Positions 36,325 to 40,649 of a stretch of DNA of 40,649 nt are shown one piece after another. Source of the stretch: a virus (Duplodnaviria; Caudoviricetes); the IMG/VR virus record IMGVR_UViG_3300032243_001444, positions 1 to 40,649 of that record, one strand, 5' to 3'. The translations under genes were made by a program, and so were the position numbers. Below the pieces are notes generated by a model. That model was not told where the DNA came from. It saw only the letters and a list, made by a program, of their open reading frames with translations, and made no database searches. Each line of letters starts with the position of its first letter. Positions within the stretch are counted from its first letter, which is position 1.

Positions 36325-37983
36325 ATGGGTGACTACAATAAAGGAAGTTTGAGAACTATAATGTGTCCTTTGTGCGATCATTTTGAATCAAAAAGATTGA
36401 CATCATTTGAGAATCATCTTGCGACAAAACATGAAATTACAGCACAACGCTTGTGGAATCAGGTCAACAATGGACCTGTAAAATGTGCGTGCGGATGTGG
36501 CCAAGAAACAAAATGGAACGGATGGTGGAAAGGATATTCAACAGTCATCAACGGCCATAACGCATCCATCTATAAAGTAATGGATTTTGAATCTGCAAAA
36601 GAAGTTTCCAGAAAAAGATCAGAATCGTTGAAGGGTAAAACGGGGTGGTCTAAAGGTTTGACAAAAGAAACTGATTACAGAATCAAAGAAAGAGCTGAAG
36701 CGACCGGGCGTGGCAGAAAAGAAAGATTTGAAGAAGGTTCAATAAAGATTTGGAATAAAGGATTAACATCCGTTGATGATCTTAGAATCACAAAGATCAA
36801 AGAAAACTTAAAAAATAAATTTGCCATTGGTGAAATCATACCTTGGGCAAAAGGATTGACAAAAGAATCAGATGATAGAATCAAGTCAATATCTCAAAAA
36901 GTTTCATTAAAAATGAAACAAAAACAAATCAGGGAAAGACTTGATCATTTAAAAAGATTACCACATGATGAAATTAAAGGAAGAATTGAAAAAACAGGAC
37001 AGTTAAAAGTCATCGGCGGATTAGAAAATTACATAAATGATGCACAAAAAATAATAGTCGTAGAATGCAATGGATGTGGAAAACAATTTCAAGGATCACT
37101 TAGAAGCTTACAGAGAGGTAAGTGTTTTTCTTGTTCTCCAGGTGGATCTGCAGCGCAAGAAGAATTAGCAAAATGGATAGAATCATTGGGATTTGTCGTA
37201 ACAAGAAATATCAGAAAGACCTTAAACGGACTTGAGTTAGATATCTTCATAGAATCTAAAAAAATAGCCATTGAATACAACGGACTGTACTGGCATAGTC
37301 ATGTCAATAAGACACAAGGATATCACAACAATAAAACACTGAGCGCAGAACAAGCTGGTGTCAAATTGATGCACGTATTTGAAGATGAATGGAGAGATAG
37401 ACGTAACATCATTCAATCTATGATCTCATCTCGTCTCGGCATTTCTCAAACGACAATTGCGGCAAGAAAATGTGTCGTAAGACAATTGACAAAGGCAGAA
37501 AGAAAAACTTTCTTTGAAGAAAATCATGCAGATGGTGATGTTACTTCCGTAAACTCTTGGGGATTAATCAATGATGAAGGACAAATAGTTTATGGAATAT
37601 CTGTAAGAAAGCCATTCCATAAAAAGCATCATGGAATCGAAATAGCTAGATGTTGTCCTAAACTAAATCATAACGTTCCAGGTGGCCTCAGCCGACTCAT
37701 GAAATATGTCAAAAAATGGTCAAATGAAAATGGTTATAAAAAAATTGTAACATATGTTGACCACCGTTGGGGAGGAACGGGCAACGGTTATAAACATGCT
37801 GGGTTTAAAGAAATCTCTAAAACTCCGCCTCGGTTTTGGTGGACTGATTTCGAAAACAGATACAACAGATTTAAGTTTAAAGCTGATTCATCTGAGGGAT
37901 TAACGGAAGCCCAAGTTGCTGAATCAGCCGGTGTCGTTAAAATTTGGGGATGCGAAAATTTTGTTTTTGAATTAGACGTTTAA
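36325..37983 (+). CDS. Hef-like homing endonuclease (Zn finger, W-x-KGLT repeats, Vsr-like nuclease, C-terminal GNAT/Mom-like domain)
   Basis: CPLC...H...H, CACGCG, three W(S/N/A)KGLT repeats, ELDIF...AIEYNGLYWHS...HVFEDEW, AARKC...ENHADG...EIARCC...GGLSRL...TYVD...GNGY..AGF. The only credible plus-strand gene. Confidence 0.8.
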   Translation: MGDYNKGSLRTIMCPLCDHFESKRLTSFENHLATKHEITAQRLWNQVNNGPVKCACGCGQETKWNGWWKGYSTVINGHNASIYKVMDFESAKEVSRKRSESLKGKTGWSKGLTKETDYRIKERAEATGRGRKERFEEGSIKIWNKGLTSVDDLRITKIKENLKNKFAIGEIIPWAKGLTKESDDRIKSISQKVSLKMKQKQIRERLDHLKRLPHDEIKGRIEKTGQLKVIGGLENYINDAQKIIVVECNGCGKQFQGSLRSLQRGKCFSCSPGGSAAQEELAKWIESLGFVVTRNIRKTLNGLELDIFIESKKIAIEYNGLYWHSHVNKTQGYHNNKTLSAEQAGVKLMHVFEDEWRDRRNIIQSMISSRLGISQTTIAARKCVVRQLTKAERKTFFEENHADGDVTSVNSWGLINDEGQIVYGISVRKPFHKKHHGIEIARCCPKLNHNVPGGLSRLMKYVKKWSNENGYKKIVTYVDHRWGGTGNGYKHAGFKEISKTPPRFWWTDFENRYNRFKFKADSSEGLTEAQVAESAGVVKIWGCENFVFELDV

Positions 37984-40649
37984 ATTTCTGATTCTAATCC
38001 GTTTGACACAATAAAGTCTAAAGACACAAATTCAGAGGTTCTAGTTGGTCTTAGGTAAATCTTTCCTCTAATCGTATTGTTGTCTATGTCTTTTTGTGTT
38101 GTGGTTGATAAATCAACTTTAACATTAAACTCTTTTAATCCAAAGAGAGTTTTAATTGTTCCTAATCTTTTATTCATTTCAGAACTAAAAGTTTGTAAAG
38201 TTGATTGAAGATTTTGATTGAAGAGAAGCTTTAAAGCAACTTCGCGGGCTTGACGACGAATCTCAATCAACAATCTTCTGGTGTTGATTCTGCTTAAAAT
38301 AGAATTAGACCGTGATATTGTCTTTTGGCCCCATACAACAACGCCAGAATTCAAATTACCAGCTTGCTGAGGCACGTACAGAGGATTGATGTTTTTGCCA
38401 TAAAGCTCATTAACATCATTTTCCAAGATATTTCCTACTGTTTTTAATGTAGATTTTAACGCTCCACGTGTCACACCAGCCGGAGCAAACCATGGTTGTC
38501 CTATGCTGTCATTTAAAGATATTGCGCCTAAAACAACAACCGAAGGAGGTACTTCTACTCTATCAATTCCATAGACGTTAGATGGAATGCTTAATATGAC
38601 GTCTGGAAAATAAGCTGCTGCAAATGTAGAATTTAAACCTCTGTCTTCAAATCTTTGTGCCGTATTAGTAACATCGGCTCTAGCATATGCATTGTATGCA
38701 ATGTATTTAGAAACGTCGATAGTATCTCCAGATATATTGACTTGTTCAATATCCATAACGTACATAGCGTCAAATCTAGATTCCGCAACAGCAGTTGCTT
38801 CATCAGTAATTACGGGATGTCTGATACCGGGTATTGCAAGTATTTTCATGTCAAATCCGGCTACGTTATTCAATATCTCTAACGCTTTCAAATAGGACGT
38901 TACGTTTGGACCAACTTCACGACCCCTATTAGAATAATTCATGTCGGCTCTAACGGCGGCATTTGTTAAACTTCTTTCTTCAACATCAAAAATGTTTACT
39001 CCGTCAAATCCTCCCTGGAATATCGTATAAAATGAAAGATAGTTGCGACTTTGATTATCTCGCAAATCATTTACCGTAACAGGGCGCGTTTTAAACTTAT
39101 CTTCTATTGCAAAATTACCATCTCTGACATAAGATGCATAAACCCAATTGCTGGGCGGATTTACAAACCCATTTGACGACGTCACAATTTTTATATTTTC
39201 TAACGTAAACAAATTATTACAGAATCTATCTGCATCTATTATTCCCAATTGTGTAGTATCTGGTGCACCTTCATTGTTAGAAACTGAAAAATTAATGTTG
39301 TTTACAGAATGATTGGGGAAGTGCTTCGTTATAGCTTCAAAGTTATCATTGAATATGCCGCTTCCATTAGGATTATTTAAATCTGTTATTTTTTCAAATT
39401 TAGCTCCCCAATGTTTTGAAGTTGAAGGTTTTAACTGATTATTGCCATCTAATATGTTGATATTATCAGCTAAAGGTAATGGTAAAGTAATACAGTTTCT
39501 TAAAACATTTGTGTTAGATAATGCAGAAGCATCAATACCACTTAACGAAGCAAAAGGTGCAGAACCCGAAGTGACTAAATGAGATATACCTCTAAATCCC
39601 ATAGGAACAACTTGGGGAGGTACAGATTGTTCGTGCACTTCTCGTGAAACTTCTACGCGAACTATCCTAGAAACAGTTGGGTAATTTCCTTCTACAACAA
39701 ACTTCTGTTCACCGGCCGTGCGATCAAAGTCATAATACGCATGGATGTCGCCTATAAGCTTCGATATGTAACGAGGAGACGCAGGATCTAAATTGACATT
39801 GATGTATTGTTCCAATGAAGGTGCAGAATCATCTAATTCCTTAATATTTCTTATTGAAATGCTGAAAGAGCTATACTGATACTCATCATCTATACCTGCT
39901 GGAATGATATCCTGTATCAGTACTTTATATTGATTAGCGACATTAGAGCCTGCGTCTAATGCATGGAATTTAAATAAATTGGTATATTTGTTGTGAAATT
40001 TTTGGGAAATTATCCAAGGCGTGGAAGCATGAGAAAATCTGTCTCTAAAATTTTCATAATTTGGAACAGTGGAACTTCCTGTATCTCTAGCAAGAGATGA
40101 AGTTATCAAGAAAGCCGAACGTTCTTTTCCTAAAACTTGATTTGAATTATTCGGATTATCACATCCTGCAGTAACAACACCTACACCAGTTAAAACAGTT
40201 GTTGAAGGATGCACGTCCCAATAAGCAGCAAGATAGTGTCCTGCGTTTTGCATTAGAGACGCTGATTGATTTAAAACCCTACCTATGTAATTTTCAGACT
40301 GGACATCAAAAGATGCTGTTATAACGTTTGGATAAGATTTCGTCTCTTTATGACCATTCAATAACAATGTAAATTGTTGTAAAGATTTTCCATTTTCATC
40401 ATAAAGTGCGACGGATCCTAATGTTGTTCCATTAGACGAAGCATCATTGGCTACTAACGTTGATAAAGGTTTATCTGAATTTTTCCCGCCACCAGAAGAT
40501 GATAACCTTAAAACGACACCGGAAGGTGCCATTAAAATTCCTCTTATAATAGGAACTGCAGAACTAACTATGTTATTAACGCTACCTGTGCCTTGCACTT
40601 TAGCTGAGCTAAAAATAGTCGATCCTGCAGACTCAGACATAAAACATCC
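37980..40649 (-). CDS. Contractile tail sheath protein (gp18-like), 5' end outside the window
   Basis: GGFDG, LAIPGI, AAYFPDV, VPPS, WFAPAGVTRG, INP, VVWGQKT, RINTRRLL, GKIYLRPTRTSEFVSLDF. Frame is open to 40649. Confidence 0.92.
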   Translation of the reverse strand, partial: GCFMSESAGSTIFSSAKVQGTGSVNNIVSSAVPIIRGILMAPSGVVLRLSSSGGGKNSDKPLSTLVANDASSNGTTLGSVALYDENGKSLQQFTLLLNGHKETKSYPNVITASFDVQSENYIGRVLNQSASLMQNAGHYLAAYWDVHPSTTVLTGVGVVTAGCDNPNNSNQVLGKERSAFLITSSLARDTGSSTVPNYENFRDRFSHASTPWIISQKFHNKYTNLFKFHALDAGSNVANQYKVLIQDIIPAGIDDEYQYSSFSISIRNIKELDDSAPSLEQYINVNLDPASPRYISKLIGDIHAYYDFDRTAGEQKFVVEGNYPTVSRIVRVEVSREVHEQSVPPQVVPMGFRGISHLVTSGSAPFASLSGIDASALSNTNVLRNCITLPLPLADNINILDGNNQLKPSTSKHWGAKFEKITDLNNPNGSGIFNDNFEAITKHFPNHSVNNINFSVSNNEGAPDTTQLGIIDADRFCNNLFTLENIKIVTSSNGFVNPPSNWVYASYVRDGNFAIEDKFKTRPVTVNDLRDNQSRNYLSFYTIFQGGFDGVNIFDVEERSLTNAAVRADMNYSNRGREVGPNVTSYLKALEILNNVAGFDMKILAIPGIRHPVITDEATAVAESRFDAMYVMDIEQVNISGDTIDVSKYIAYNAYARADVTNTAQRFEDRGLNSTFAAAYFPDVILSIPSNVYGIDRVEVPPSVVVLGAISLNDSIGQPWFAPAGVTRGALKSTLKTVGNILENDVNELYGKNINPLYVPQQAGNLNSGVVVWGQKTISRSNSILSRINTRRLLIEIRRQAREVALKLLFNQNLQSTLQTFSSEMNKRLGTIKTLFGLKEFNVKVDLSTTTQKDIDNNTIRGKIYLRPTRTSEFVSLDFIVSNGLESEI

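Noticed and set aside
1-40649. CRISPR array, tRNA genes, diversity-generating retroelement
   Set aside because: No regularly spaced repeats, cloverleaf candidates, reverse transcriptase or adenine-variable repeat pair was seen, and intergenic gaps are short. tRNAscan and Infernal were not run.
40638-40649. ATG at 40640 as the sheath start
   Set aside because: The frame stays open to the window edge with no visible RBS, so the gene probably begins outside the window.

Overview
A 40.6 kb segment of a large lytic myovirus (T4-like or jumbo type, standard code 11). It is AT-rich, and almost every gene is on the minus strand. Read right to left in transcription order, it starts with a tail module: sheath (truncated at the window edge), an antisense Hef-like homing endonuclease, tube, a gp26-like chaperone with a probable +1 frameshift extension, a tape measure protein, a very large tube-initiator-like protein, a LysM/gp53-like protein and a putative baseplate hub. 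A replication block follows: a short family-A polymerase, HD hydrolase, gp32-like SSB, RecA/UvsX, dUTPase, 5'-3' exonuclease and DnaB-like helicase. Then comes a nucleotide-metabolism and accessory block: class II RNR, ThyX, Tmk, LD-carboxypeptidase, an all-alpha dNTP pyrophosphatase, Hsp20, metallophosphoesterase, HNH, Dps and an IMPDH/GMP reductase that the ORF track missed. The most notable signals are (1) a family of unrelated proteins sharing an N-terminal 'MKxTxxxLxxIIxEE' leader and L/I-x-E sites, co-occurring with an ATAnTTA upstream motif, which may be a head-packaging and processing system with Dps as possible cargo; (2) sigma70-like promoters placed 6-8 nt before ATG (leaderless mRNAs), two of them inside perfect inverted repeats; (3) a GGA-rich structured SSB leader; and (4) a +1 tail-chaperone frameshift. 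No tRNA, CRISPR array, intein or intron was seen. All family assignments come from motif recognition by eye, not database searches.
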